A stretch of DNA of 64,000 nucleotides from Guillardia theta CCMP2712 (taxonomy: Eukaryota > Protista > Cryptophyta): the NCBI RefSeq assembly GCF_000315625.1, contig NW_005434660.1:804738-868737 (forward strand). Direction: 5' to 3'. Below, in pieces: positions 1 through 14,305 of this stretch. A program made the translations under genes and the position numbers. The notes beneath the pieces are model-generated. The model had not been told where the DNA came from. It saw only the letters and a list, made by a program, of their open reading frames with translations, and ran no database searches. Each line of letters opens with the position of its first letter. The first letter of the stretch is position 1.

Positions 1-1700
<1,700 letters not shown>

Positions 1701-1822
1701 AGGAAGGAGGAGGCAAAAAACTGTCCTGAGGTTAACAATCTTTTCCTCATGTATCTTACACTTTCATTAACATCTCACAACCTCTTCCTTGTCTTATCGT
1801 ACATCTTCCCTTATCATACACC

Positions 1823-2947
1823 TCACCACACAGGCTGCAGGTCACCATGGCTGATCCTGTCCTGCCCGTCCAGCCCCTGCCCCAAGTCCCCTCCCCTCAT
1901 CTCGACATATGAGCCCCCAGCTATGCATTGCATCAGCATCGCCATGAAATCGTCGCTCTGAACCGGAAGAGACTTTCCGCTCTCCTGCCGCCACAGCGCT
2001 ATGAAGTGCTTCAGCTTCTCCTGCCTGTCCAGCTCAGAGTCTGAAGCGAGCCCGAGGAAGCGGAGGATGGCGCCGTTGATCTCCATGAAGAGGACCTCTC
2101 GCCGAGAGAGGTCCAGCAAGTCCCCTGCAGGGTTTGTTTGCGCGTTCGATTGCTTGACTGTGAGTACGCTCATCGTGTCTTCGATCTGCTGGAGGTAGCC
2201 GGGGTTGCACTCGGCGAAGACTGAGATCTGCTGCTGGGCATAGCTGAGGGCCTGCTGGACATCGCCCTCCCTCACAAGCTCGATGAACTGCTGTAGCACC
2301 AGGCGGAGGAGGAGCTCAGGATGTGACGACCAGAACTCCTCGCCAAGATGCTCGTCGACGAGGAGGCGGCAGTCAGTCAGGTTGCCGTCAAGGACGGCCT
2401 CTCTGACTAGCGTCCTCACATCGATCCTCGAGTTCTCCATGTAAGCCGTGATGTTCGGGTCAACCGAGGGATGGGATAGATGGGCTTTCCACATCTTCAG
2501 CCTCTTCGCCTTGTGCCAGACCCGCTCGGCTTCTTCTCGGTTGCAGTAGATGACAAAGTGTCGCATCAGCTCCAGAATCCTCAGCTCCCTGCTCGACAGC
2601 ACCTTTAACCATCCGTTGAGGTACTCCTCGTTCTCCCCGTAGCTGACCACGTGGAAGATAGAGTTCCCTCGCTCATCGCCGAACGGGTGCGCCATCAGGT
2701 ACTCCTTGAAGTACGGATCGTCGGAGCTTTCCGACTGATCGTTCATCGTCGCGTCCTCTGCTCCTCCTCGCAAGTTCAGGACAGGGCGATCGACTTGGAA
2801 GAGCTGGAAGGGCGCAGGTCTCCTTGCAGGCTCGACACCTGAGAACAAGGTGGTCGAGCACACCGCCAAGGTCCCGAGAAAAATGAGGCGCAGACAATCT
2901 GAGAGAACACAGTCAGTTTGCACATCGAGTTCAATTGTAACGAGCAT
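1823..2947 (-). CDS. CTLH/CRA-domain protein (GID8/TWA1-like) with an N-terminal hydrophobic leader and an LRGG motif
   Basis: The 374-aa ORF contains R..VREAVLDGNL..., ELLLRLVLQQFIELVREGDVQQALSYAQ (CTLH) and LLDLSRREVLFMEINGAIL (CRA). The true start is uncertain; there is a possible acceptor at ~2900. Confidence 0.8.
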   Translation of the reverse strand: MLVTIELDVQTDCVLSDCLRLIFLGTLAVCSTTLFSGVEPARRPAPFQLFQVDRPVLNLRGGAEDATMNDQSESSDDPYFKEYLMAHPFGDERGNSIFHVVSYGENEEYLNGWLKVLSSRELRILELMRHFVIYCNREEAERVWHKAKRLKMWKAHLSHPSVDPNITAYMENSRIDVRTLVREAVLDGNLTDCRLLVDEHLGEEFWSSHPELLLRLVLQQFIELVREGDVQQALSYAQQQISVFAECNPGYLQQIEDTMSVLTVKQSNAQTNPAGDLLDLSRREVLFMEINGAILRFLGLASDSELDRQEKLKHFIALWRQESGKSLPVQSDDFMAMLMQCIAGGSYVEMRGGDLGQGLDGQDRISHGDLQPVW

Positions 2948-3794
2948 GCAACCATCGCACAGATGTTATAGTCAGACCCTTAGATGTTCATTGTTTTTAG
3001 AAAGTTTCAGACACAACGCTGATTGATAAGGATCATCATGCTAACATCGTCCGCACAGCATTAAACCACAAACAACATGCTCTTCACCTTTCGGGTCCAT
3101 GACCATCTCCTCGTGCCTCCTGATGGATCCCTGTGTGAGTAGTCAGACCAAAGCTTAGCTCCCCACAACCATGATGAAGATGAGGGGAGAGAGCCTCGGA
3201 TGGTAGTGCATGTGTTTGAATCATCACAAAAATCAGCGTGGAGTGATTCTAAGTGTATGGTATCCTCATTGGCAGCGGACGTTGATGCGAACGTTGATGG
3301 GTAAAAGGTTGAGAATTCATACCTAAGTCACGAGGAGCAGCCAAAGCAGAAGACTCGCAATGCTGTGCAAGGCGTCACAAAGGGCTCAAAGGAATCTTTG
3401 CAGACAAATAAGCCAAGACACTAGAAACGAGTGGCATGGTGAATAGGTACTGCAGGCATCTAGCGCCCTTCGTTCATCACATTGCCAGAGACGAGGGCAG
3501 TGCAATGCTTTGTGGACGCGTGATCACTACAAGGGGTTTCATTGCAGTGAATGCTCACCTTGTAACATCTCAGGATTGCAAGTAAGGTCAGCCACGGAGT
3601 CGCGCAGCGCAAGAGACGAGCTCCTGATGTTGGGACAACATCAGATCCTTTCTCATCTCGCGAGCAAAAGGATCAACATTCGCTACGTTCTCCATATCCT
3701 CAATGTCTCTCGGTTGTCTGAAATGATTCGGCAAGGCGATATCCGATCACACGTGTATCCGAGATGATCTCTTTCGTCCTCAGCCCCGTCCCTT

Positions 3795-3998
3795 CCTCTC
3801 TCCTCTCTCCTCTCTCCTCTCTCCTCTCTCCTCTCTCCTCTCTCCTCTCTCCTCTCTCCTCTCTCCTCTCTCCTCTCTCCTCTCTCCTCTCTCCTCTCTC
3901 CTCTCTCCTCTCTCCTCTCTCCTCTCTCCTCTCTCCTCTCTCCTCTCTCCTCTCTCCTCTCTCCTCTCTCCTCTCTCCTCTCTCCTCTCTCCTCTCTC
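3795..3998. repeat. (CTCTCCT)n heptamer tandem array, ~29 copies
   Basis: Directly visible; it produces the spurious SPLSSLL/ERREERG ORFs. Confidence 0.95.
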
Positions 3999-4442
3999 CT
4001 CCTCTTCCTCCTATCGGCGTCGTCTCTCTTACCTGCATTGCAGGGGTCGGCTCGTGCGCAACAGGACCCCTACCTGATTCTTGAGTTCTTCCATGGGTAG
4101 GGGTAGTCGGGGGGTCGTATCCCCCTTGCCCGAGGCGGGCCGGAGAATCGGCCCGAGGCCGGCCCGCAAGTTTCAAACAGCCTCACCGGACTCCGGACCG
4201 TACTCGGAGCTTCACTGACTGTCAAGTTCAGCCCAGCTCACCGTCAGCACACTGGACTGACGTAAACTGATTTTTAACTGAACTTTGGCCGGCGGACTCC
4301 CCGCGGCACGGCGGAGTCCGGCCCCGGTGACACTGGAACCGCTGAGCGGCGACTCGAGTCCGACACCCGGCCGTGCCACCGTGGGGACCGGCGCACCGTC
4401 AAAGAACTCCGAAGTCCCAAGTTTCATTATTAACAAGTTAAC

Positions 4443-4859
4443 TTATCTTGCGGCAGCAAAAAGTTCCACGAAGCTCTCCCAGCTGAGGCAGCGACGATCA
4501 GCAAACGGATTGACAGTGTTGAAGAGATTGCAAGGAGGAGGAGGAGGAGGAGGAGGAGGAGGAGGAGGAGGAGGAGGAGGACCTGTAATTCTGGATGAGG
4601 GTCTGGACAGAGGAAAGCCTGTGTTTGACGTTGACCCCTTTGAACTTGAAGCGATCCAGGAAGAGCTGCAGCAAGTCGGTTAGGTGGGCCCGACAGGAGA
4701 CGGAGGTGAAAGTTGACCTGCTCGAGTACTTTCTCCATGAAGGCGATCCGCTTCTCGTTGTTCTGCCACCATAGCATGACTGACTGACTGACTGACTGAC
4801 TGACTGACTGACTGACTGACTGACTGACTGACTGACTGACTGACTGACTGACTGACTGA

Positions 4860-4904
<45 letters not shown>

Positions 4905-7900
4905 TGACTGACTGACTGACTGACTGACTGACTGACTGACTGACTGACTGACTGACTGACTGACTGACCCCCTCTACCCCCATCCTCGCAAGTTCATACC
5001 TTATGCTCAGCCTTCAGCTCAGCAGAGTTCTCAAGGATCTACAGCAGGTGTGAGGAGAGCAGAGAGGAGGAGGTTTGAGAGGACCTCGCGCATGCTTGGA
5101 GAAAGGTTAGCACGATCCTCGTCACTTGACGCCAACTGCTCCAGGGCCTCTAGGCAGAGATAATTCTCCTGCAGCAAGGAGGAGATCAATGGGTCCCTCC
5201 TTCTGCTCACTGTCCCCCACTCCTGTCTCTCCTCTTCCTCTCCTCCTGGATGAGACGGATTGCAGTGTCTCTCCTCGTCCTCCCCTCCTTCCTCGTGCCC
5301 CTTCCTCACCTTGAGCTTGAGCAGTTTGCTGACCTTGGGATGCAACAGCTTGAGAAGCTGCATGACGCAAGATTCGTCGAAGATAGGAGCTGTAGAAGCA
5401 AGGCCATGCCTCAGTTGTTCCTCTCCCACCACCACCACAAGATCATCTGCTACAGCATCTACCTCATCACTGCCCTTATATCAGCAGCAGCAGCAGCAGC
5501 ACAAGCAGAGGCAGCAGCAGAAGCAGCGTCAACAACAATTGTAACAACAAGAAGGTAATCAACTACATTTTCGCGTCATGTCACCTTTCACTTCCAGCTT
5601 CACTTTAGCGCTGTTTGCTTCCCTGGATATGACATCCTGCATCCCCCATTGTTACAGACCATGATTCTCCCTCAGCTCGACTCCACCTTGATCGTAGCCA
5701 ACGTCGTGAAGTTTGTGCTACGGAATAAGGCTTCACCCTAGAGAACCGATCAGCAGTCAACAGGAGAAGTCAGCGGAATTTTAGATTGTGAATGAACAAG
5801 ATCATCTCAACTCTTTCACAACCGCCATCGAATGGTTCTTATCCTCGTCTCCGTCTCTGCTTCCCCCTCCCCCTCTTCCGCTACAACTTCACGCTCATCA
5901 CAGTAGCATTCGTGCCCTGTCTCTGCCTCTGTCTCTGCCTCTGCCTCTCGCGTCCTGCCCCCTCGTCCACTCACCTTCGAATATTCAGCAGTCACTCTTG
6001 TCGATGCGAAGGTCGACTCAAACGCGAACTTGACAACGTCAGACTCGGGCACCTCAAGTACAAGTCAGCACGGATCTCCCTTCCCCCTGCTCCCTTCCCC
6101 CTGCTCCCTGCTCCCTGCTCCCTGCTCCCTGCTCCCTGCTCCCTGCTCCCTGCTCCCTGCTCCCTGCTCTCTCCTCTTCCATCTTCTTCCTCCCTCCTAC
6201 TCTGCTCCTCTCTCACTCTCTGCTCCTCTCTTCTTTCACCCTCCTCTCTGTCCTGATCTTCCCTGTGTTCCTTCCTGCAGCCAACAGCCCGCACCTTAGC
6301 AGGGATGGACGGGAAGCAGTGAGTAAGCCACGAGTGCATCTGCCCCTGACTGAACGTCCCCTGTGGACCAGCTCGTCAACAGCTGCCACAAATCATCAAA
6401 CCCTTTCCTGGATCTTCACTTCGCAGTATGGCGACGATTGCCAAAGTTTGTCGTCCCATGGCAGCTGCCAGAGCATCAGCAAGTCCACTGCTCCACATGT
6501 CCCACCCACCGACTGGTGCAGAGAGAGAGGAAGCAGGATGTGCTCCACCCGATGAACCACCTGGTTCGAGCGTAAGTGAAGGAGGAAGTGAATGGGGCTG
6601 TTAGAAGAAATGAGGAATGGAGACAGACAGACAGACAGACAAAGACAGCGACAGAGACAGAGACAGAGACAGAGACAGAGAAAGGGACAGAGAGAGGGAC
6701 AGAGAGAGAGAGGCAGAGAGAGTGTGTGTCAGAGAGGGAGGGAGGGAGGGAGGGAGGAAGAGGGAGAGAGAGAGGAGGGAGGGAGGGAGGGAGAAAGAGA
6801 GCACGGCAGGACGGGAAGAAAGAAAATCAAACAAAGCGAGTTGAGGGGTAGTAGGAGAATAAAACAAAGCGAATGACTGAGACTAGGGATGATGGCAACT
6901 TGTACTGCACGGAATATCTGAAGCAAGAGAAGAGGAAGGGGAGGGAGGGAAGGATTATAAACCTTAGGAGAGACGCGCATGACAACGTATGCAACAAGAG
7001 TTCCCACTTGCCCTTCGTCGCACATCAACTGAATCTGAACAAGATCGTCAGCGTCGTGAAGCTGTTCAGAGCTCCTTACCTGGAGTCGATTGCTAGATCC
7101 ATGCACGCGCAGCGTTGCAACGAAAGCATTGTCTTCACCTGGAGGGAGAGCCAACTCATGTGTAAGGGGAGGCGAGCAAGGAGGAAGGAGATGATGATGA
7201 GCTCCTGGCAGACCTGGATCAGGTGGGGAGATGGAGGGGAAGGCGACGCCAGTGTCGAGGAGGACGATAGGGATGTTGCTCTGTTGCAGGTATCAGTCAG
7301 AGAGTTTCAACGGTTTGAGCAGTAAGGGAGCGAGTGAGGGCCTGACGTAAAGGGGATCCGCTCTGCCAGCCTTCACCGTCTCCCCTCCCTCAGTCCCCTC
7401 CCTCTCCGTCCCTCCCGCGTCTCCTCACATGCAGCGCCACCATGTCGATCGGCATTTCGCTCTCTAGCGTAAATTTCTGGCATGCGAGGTTCGAGTCCAG
7501 GAAGAGCCCAGACTTGACCTTGGACCTTGTAGAGACAGGAACGCTGGAGAACGGAGTTGTGAGGTCATAGATGGAAGAGGCAGCAGGAGTAAGAGCAAGG
7601 AGGAGCAGGAGCAGCGGAGGCAGAGGCAGAGGAGGAGGCAGGGGGAGAGGAGAGGACCAGACCTCTCTGTGGAGAGCTTCTGATACTTGAGCTTCTCGTC
7701 CTGCACCTTCTCCTGCAGAGCCGTGATCTCCTTCTGCAGCGCCTACAGGGAGGGTCAGGGAAGGGAAGGGAAGGGAAGGCCTCCCCCGCACGCCTCTACC
7801 TCGATCTTTTTGTTCCTCTCCGTCGGATCCGTGCGGGTCGCTTCCTCCCCTTGTGACGCTGGCGATTCTGGCGCTGAGTCGTCGAGAACCTGGAGGCATC

Positions 7901-9562
7901 CATCAGCATGATTGCGTCGACGATGACGCAGACGGCGACGATCAAGTTGATGATCGTGATCATGAAGGGTAACAAAGTTTGTTGTTTGCTTCCCGTTGGT
8001 TGTGATTGTTGTGCTGCTGCTAGTCTGCAGCTGTCTGGTGATGAGGATGAGGATGGAGGACATGACGAGGGTGATGTTGGAAGGCCCAGGAGACTGCTGG
8101 TCGACTTACCAACCCCGAGATGTATTTCGGCTTGTCCGACTTCTGCGAATGAGAAACTGTTTAGAAGGGCAAACAAGATCATCGATAGGAAACAAGGACC
8201 TTGTCCTTGTCCTTGTCCTTGTCCTTGTCCTTCTTCTTTCCTAGGCCAGTCAACGCTCCGATGGAGGCAGCGACAAGCTTCAGGCCGGACTGCAGGTGAT
8301 AGTGAGCAGAGGCAAGAGGAGAGGAGGTGAGCAGGGCTCCAGGGATAGTACAAGGGGAGGAAGCATAGAAGGGGAGGGTTGACGTCAACCTTCTTCTTCT
8401 TGAGCTCCTTGTCATGACGAGGCTCTCCGTCCTTGTCCGGCGAAACTTCTCCTTCCACAAGGTTCTTCTCGATGAGGCGCGGAGCCCCCGACAGGGCCTG
8501 TAACCAGCATGCTCGTCATGCGCGTTCAACAAGAAATCGTCCCGACTCGACCTGAGCAGCGATGGGATCGGAGAGCGGCTCTGAGGTGAACGAGATAACT
8601 TTTCCAGAGTAGCTGGCAAGCACCACCTCGTCGAAGCTGGTCGTGCAGACACGCCCGACTTCGACATCCTGGATGCTCTCGTTGATACACTTGGAGAATA
8701 TCTGGTGCATATCGCCCTGAGAATCCAGGGTGAACACTTGGAGCTCCCCGTCATCACGCCCGACGATGATATCCTCCATCCCATTCTTGGTCAGGTCGTG
8801 CGAGGCAATCACGTTGATCGCCCCCAAACTGCGCACGTTCTGAATCGTCCATCCAGGTCGCACGACGGTAGCGTCGGCCTGTAGCTCTCCCACCAGGCCG
8901 TTCTCAGTGCCGTAGACAATGTTCTTTGCCTTGGTTTGCTTCATGACGTCCTCATAGGTGGTACTCTGCAGTTTTGACAGGCAGGAGACCGGGCCATCGA
9001 CGAAACTCTCAAAGAGAACCGAGGTCTTGTCAAGGATCCTGACCTGCCGATCCTGACAGCCAAGGACGGGGTTGTACTCCGACGGAGACTGTATGTGCAG
9101 GAGCAAGCCATCGTTGATTTTGTCCGGTGACATGTAGTATCCGGACTCGACATTGTCGACGTAATAGTTGAACAGGTATTCTCCGCTTGTCCAAAGTTTC
9201 GTGTCCTCTACATGCAAACCCCGCAGCGACTCTGCTCCGTCCGTGCTGAACTTGAAGAACTCCTTGCCCTTCTTGTTTACTCCCCTCACAGTCTGTCCTG
9301 ACGTGAAGAAGATCTTATCGCTCTTATCCTTGGACCCTCCGATGATCAGGCGGAGCACGGGATAGTCCAGGTTCCCCGTCTGGAACTCAATCTCCGGCTC
9401 GCCCTTCTTCACTTTGAAACATGTCACTATCCCGTTGTCAGCTCCCACCACCACCCTATGACACTTCTTCTTGTCCGAGGGCGGCATCAGCCCCAGACTT
9501 CTTCCTGTGATGCATGTCGACTGGTAGAGGTCTTTCCTGGTCAACTGAATGTCCAGCTCCAT
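4443..9562 (-). CDS. BBS7: Bardet-Biedl syndrome 7 protein (BBSome subunit), multi-exon
   Basis: The first exon MELDIQLTRKDLYQ..VVVGADNGIVTCFKVKKGE..DKIF..VRGVNKKGKEFF..YYMSPDKIND matches the BBS7 beta-propeller. Internal exons include FTLESEMPIDMVAL, IQLMCDEGQVG and LLKLLHPK. The C-terminus TDLLQLFLDRFKFKGVNVKHRL..Y|SWESFVELFAAAR* has its stop at 4443-4445. Confidence 0.95.
4777..4967. repeat. Compound (GACT)n-(GGCT)n-(GACT)n microsatellite within a BBS7 intron
   Basis: Directly visible. Confidence 0.95.
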
Positions 9563-12500
9563 CTCAAAAGATGAACTGAGGCAGGGTAGACACAGGTCAC
9601 GATCAGCAAAGCCTCAACACGGCGACAGCGACGTCATGGTCGATACATCACCACGTCATCAGAGCTCCTACGAACACACAAGATGTCAACATCGCTCATC
9701 GCACATGCAAGCTCGCTCTTGTAGTCATAATAAGGTGCCCCGAAGACCAAGCTCTACAACTATTCTCCCCTCAATTTCACCCAAATCAGCCAGTCGCTGC
9801 TCGTTATCGTAGTAGCTAATCATGCTTTCTGCATGCATCACTCGTGTAGAGCTCGGCCCACCAACTTTATCTGTTGCCACAAGCTTGAAATGGCTGGCTG
9901 GACCAGACATTGTTCAACTTGCATGTTTCAAGTCCTGCTCGCATACTCTGATGTTGCATACCTTACCGACAACATCTTCGAATCTATTCAACTACTTCAT
10001 CGTCCTCTCTCGTTCTTGCAAACAGACTCAATCTTCTTACGACTGTCCCTTTTCCATCCTTCTGCTCCTCTACCTCCTCGTCTTATGCCTCCCATCCTCT
10101 CCATGACCGGCATTCCTTCCCCTTCCCTTCCCTTCCTCAAAATGGCGCGATCCGCATTTTGTCCCCACCCCCACGACTGACAGTGATAACCCATATTTGA
10201 AGTACCCCTACCACCGAACGATATTCAGAAAGTACCCCTACCCCCAGCATTTCCACTCATCTCGTACGAGCCTGCCTCGCCTCATTTAACTCAACTTTGA
10301 GCAAACAACCACCACCTTTGCTTTTTGACGGCGTGGGAAACTTGAAAACCGGGCTCTGATCAGCGGCCATGATCGTGTGCGGCCGCGTGCGCCAGTACTT
10401 GGTTCGTTGGAAAGGATATGACAGTGACAAGTCGTCGGATGATTCATGGTTGTCTACACGTGAATTTCGCACTTCAGAGTTGAGGAAAATGCCACCGGAC
10501 AAGTTCGTGATTTCAATCTTGTGAATCATGCTCGGTGACTCTTGGGGCGGCCGTACTACCCGTATGCAGCGAAGTTGGAGCTGAGAACTTTCGGAACTAC
10601 GAAGTGTCACACGGTTCTCATCTAGCAGCGCTAGGGAGCGAAATGATAGGAGTGTCCTAGGCAGTATCGATTCTTAGCCTAATTAGATTAGTTACTGCCA
10701 GTTTCTTTATTTCTTACTGTTACGCCGAGTTCGAGTAAAGTACCCGGTACCCGTTGGAATTGTGCTGTGTTGACGCACTCGGCGGCCGGCGTGAAGTCGG
10801 ATCCATCCGATGATCCGATCATGAAAGTAGGGATAACTCGAGTATGACACAGGGACTCTCATCGGATGCGGCTAGCCTGGGCTCGGCTCAGAGCAGATAG
10901 ATGACCGCTGCGACGGTTCTCTAAACGCCGCCGAGTACTATCATCGGATGATTCAACGGTTGGGTCACTGTGACTGACGCCACGCTGACAGGCTGGCACG
11001 GGTGACGGGTGACGGTGCCACACCGTGAGTCACCCGAACCGTCGTGGGCCCAGCCGGGCCGGCGCTCGAGCAAAAGAGATCGTCCCCTTGCGAATCGCAG
11101 GCTCCAAGGCTCGCTCATAGCGTTGTCCGATCGCTCTCAACTGACCCCTCTGGTTTCCAATAGTTTTCTGTGGGGGTATCCTTCCACACATGTGAATAGC
11201 AAATGGCAGTTGGGGTCTGGGGTGGGTCAGACGGCTGGGAGCTGATTCAAATTGGTAGAGACCTGTTTAAGGGGGTAGGGTACTTCCTGGTAGCAAATAA
11301 TTGTACCAACAGTACCAATTTTATGGTACATATTCGAGTACTGTTAGGAAAACTTGTACCAAAATAGTTTATGCGGTACCTCCCCTGTTCAAACTATGAT
11401 GCTTTGGACCCACCTGTTTCCCAGTGAAAGTCCCTTCTCCGATGGGGTCAAGTTTTGGACCCTACCCTGCCTCCGACCAACATAGACCACCCTTGTAGAT
11501 CAGAGGGAGCTCTCAAGCCTTGCCCCTTCCCTTCCCTGGTTGCATATCCAAGGTTAGCAAGTGAATGTTACGCAGACGTGACTCATCTGCAGCAGGAGAG
11601 CTCAGACGAGGACAAGAAGAGGCAATCCCTGCAGAATCTGGTGTGAGCGCAGCAGTCTGAAAACATCTCTGTGATTGCAAACACATGTAAAGAGGGTTGA
11701 TCATCATAGATTTTAGCAGCTTGAATAAGGAGTACTCCGCACGGACCGTCCGCTAGTGGCGCTGTACGATGGATGACATTGACTCTCATGAGCAATAAGT
11801 AGGAAGTCATGAAGCATGTCACGGAGACAGCATGATCTATACTTATTTCATAGGAATCTGCTGCAAAGAGTCGGGCTTGAGGGCGGTCTGAGCAATATGC
11901 AAGAGTATTGCCAAGGCATGTAAAGAGTTTCAAGGAATACCAGTGCATTCATCAAATGGCAGTGATGAGGTACCACATGAAGGCATGACTTGCAAATTGA
12001 TTGCATGTCGTGTTCTATTTCATGACTTACAATCAAGACGCTTTGAGCGACAAAACGATACCCCTTATAGCATTGTAAATCATAGTTCATTTCCTTCACC
12101 TCGAGTCGAAGCAAGAAATTTTCAAGGTGCTGATATCTTTGTTGTGACTAGACTGACATGGTATCAGGAGCAGTTAATTGATGTTGGATGCGATTGAATC
12201 ATGCAGACGAAAATGGACATACCCTTTTGAATAAATTTTTCTTCTCGAGTCTCATACCAGAGCTTTCTTGCCTCTTTCTTTGTAACCTAACATGTACAAA
12301 GCATTGGCATTTTCTTACACAAAGTAAACTGAGCCTGACCAGCTTCTCTTATTCGCTGCATTCTCGCCCTTCCATCATCCTGATCTTTTCCTCGCTTGAC
12401 ACCCTTGGGCCAATGCGAGTTGCATGCTGCGATATCATCAATTGTTTGGAAGGAACCAAGCGATAAGTGGAACAAAGCGCTCAGGTGCTATGCAGGCTGC

Positions 12501-14166
12501 AATGCATCGCCGGCATTCCAACCATATGGATAAGTTTGCCAACTTTGCGCTGCTCATATTACTTGCAGCAAAAGTCAACCATTCCAGATGATAAGGACAA
12601 TGTATGAGACTTGCGCAGAAGAATGTGCAAACACTTCCACACGACGGTGAGTGTGCACGATTCCACATACACAAGAGAAGCATCTACCAATTTCTTGTCT
12701 AAACACTCTTTTGATGAATGAGCATCGACTTCTCTAACATGTACATCAGGTCATGCAGGCTCATGGAGAAATGATGATGTTGTTAGCAACAACTTGGCTT
12801 TGTTTTATTGAAGTACGTTGAAAACATCACCTAGGCCGCTACATATTCCCATGTCCGCTTTGCAACAGTTCTAAACCACGTATCACCATAAAGTTGTACA
12901 TCATTCGACTAGTCCGATAACATCTTCATGTAGAGTCTCAGGTTTAAGCACAACGCGGTTTGGAGCGATACTGTGACTTGTTTGCCTGGTATGATTACAT
13001 GTGACATGCTCTCTTACACAATTGAAGAGTATTGTAGAAAATTCAGTCAAGCGGTGCACAGTTCAGCCTTGCTTTCTTGCTATTCATCAAACATAGTGTA
13101 TCAAACAGATGTCATCGTGTGGATCGACGCAAAATAAAGATGAACTCGAAGTTCTGTCTGAAAAATGACCCTTTGCAAGTACTGATGGATCGAGAGCAAG
13201 TTCTTGATGCTGTATCATTGAGAAGTAAAATGACAGTCATAAGCCAGTGCTATACGACTCGTATCCATCAGCTTGAAATATGAACCACTGAGTTTCATTC
13301 CATGAATCATCTTTCCTCCCGCATTCAAACTGAGAAACTCAGTGCTTGTCAACTCATGGGCATGGTTTCAGAGTTTGAATTTCCAGCAAGTTGAGGAAGG
13401 ACAAGGCAGACAGAAGCGTCAAAGAAAGTTGAGGGTCATCAGGGAAGGTCTGACGAGAGTCTGAGACTCATGGACAGGGAAGGATAGGGATGCGCAAGTG
13501 CGGAGGGCAGGGAGATGGGGAGGGAGACCCCCTCTGCTAAATGTATTTTAAAAGGTACCCATTACAGTACCAGACCAAGACCTGTACCCCCCACCCCCCT
13601 GTCGCGTCCGTTGGGTTCGAATATTTGAAATACTACCACGCCTACCCATCAGGTTCTGGTACAAATCATTACTCCACTATACAAGGGCCTAAGTGATCCT
13701 ATGCAAAGGCAATAGGAACAACTGTTTACTTATCTAAGCTCTCAATTACCCCCGGTTGCCGTTGAACGTGCAGCGCTGGAAATGGATTTTCAAACCTTCC
13801 AATCCTTCGATTTTTTACTCACACACAATTTTGTACTGGAAAATGCCTGGATCTGGTACAAATCCCAATTGTCAGCAAGTTCCTTGACCCGACAACGCTA
13901 TGGGCAGTGCTACCTGCCGGGCAGACTCAGAGTGTTTGTGATAACTTGATCGCTGCCGGTTGCCAGGAAAGTTGCCACAGTGTACTACGGTACCCGACCG
14001 GAAAACTTTCACGATTGTCAGAACAATCCGACGCGTCCTGAGGCGGGCCCGTATACAGCGGTATAAGTTTTTCAATTATTTTTGTTAACTTATATCTCGT
14101 CAAATTTTGCCTAGCTAAGAAACCTAGGGAGGCCACCACCCCACCCCCACCTTCTCACCAAATCCA

Positions 14167-14173
14167 TATAAAA
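14167..14173 (+). promoter_or_regulatory. Putative TATA box of the armadillo-repeat gene
   Basis: TATAAAA ~135 nt upstream of ATG 14306, followed by a C-rich leader. Confidence 0.5.
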
Positions 14174-14305
14174 TATACCTGACAACCACCCTCTTCTTAA
14201 CTCACACACCGCAGCCCGCAACTCGCAGCACACCCTCCCTCCCCCCCCCCCCCCCAGCTGAAAACCACCAACCACCCTCCCTCCTCTTCTCCATTCCATT
14301 TCATC

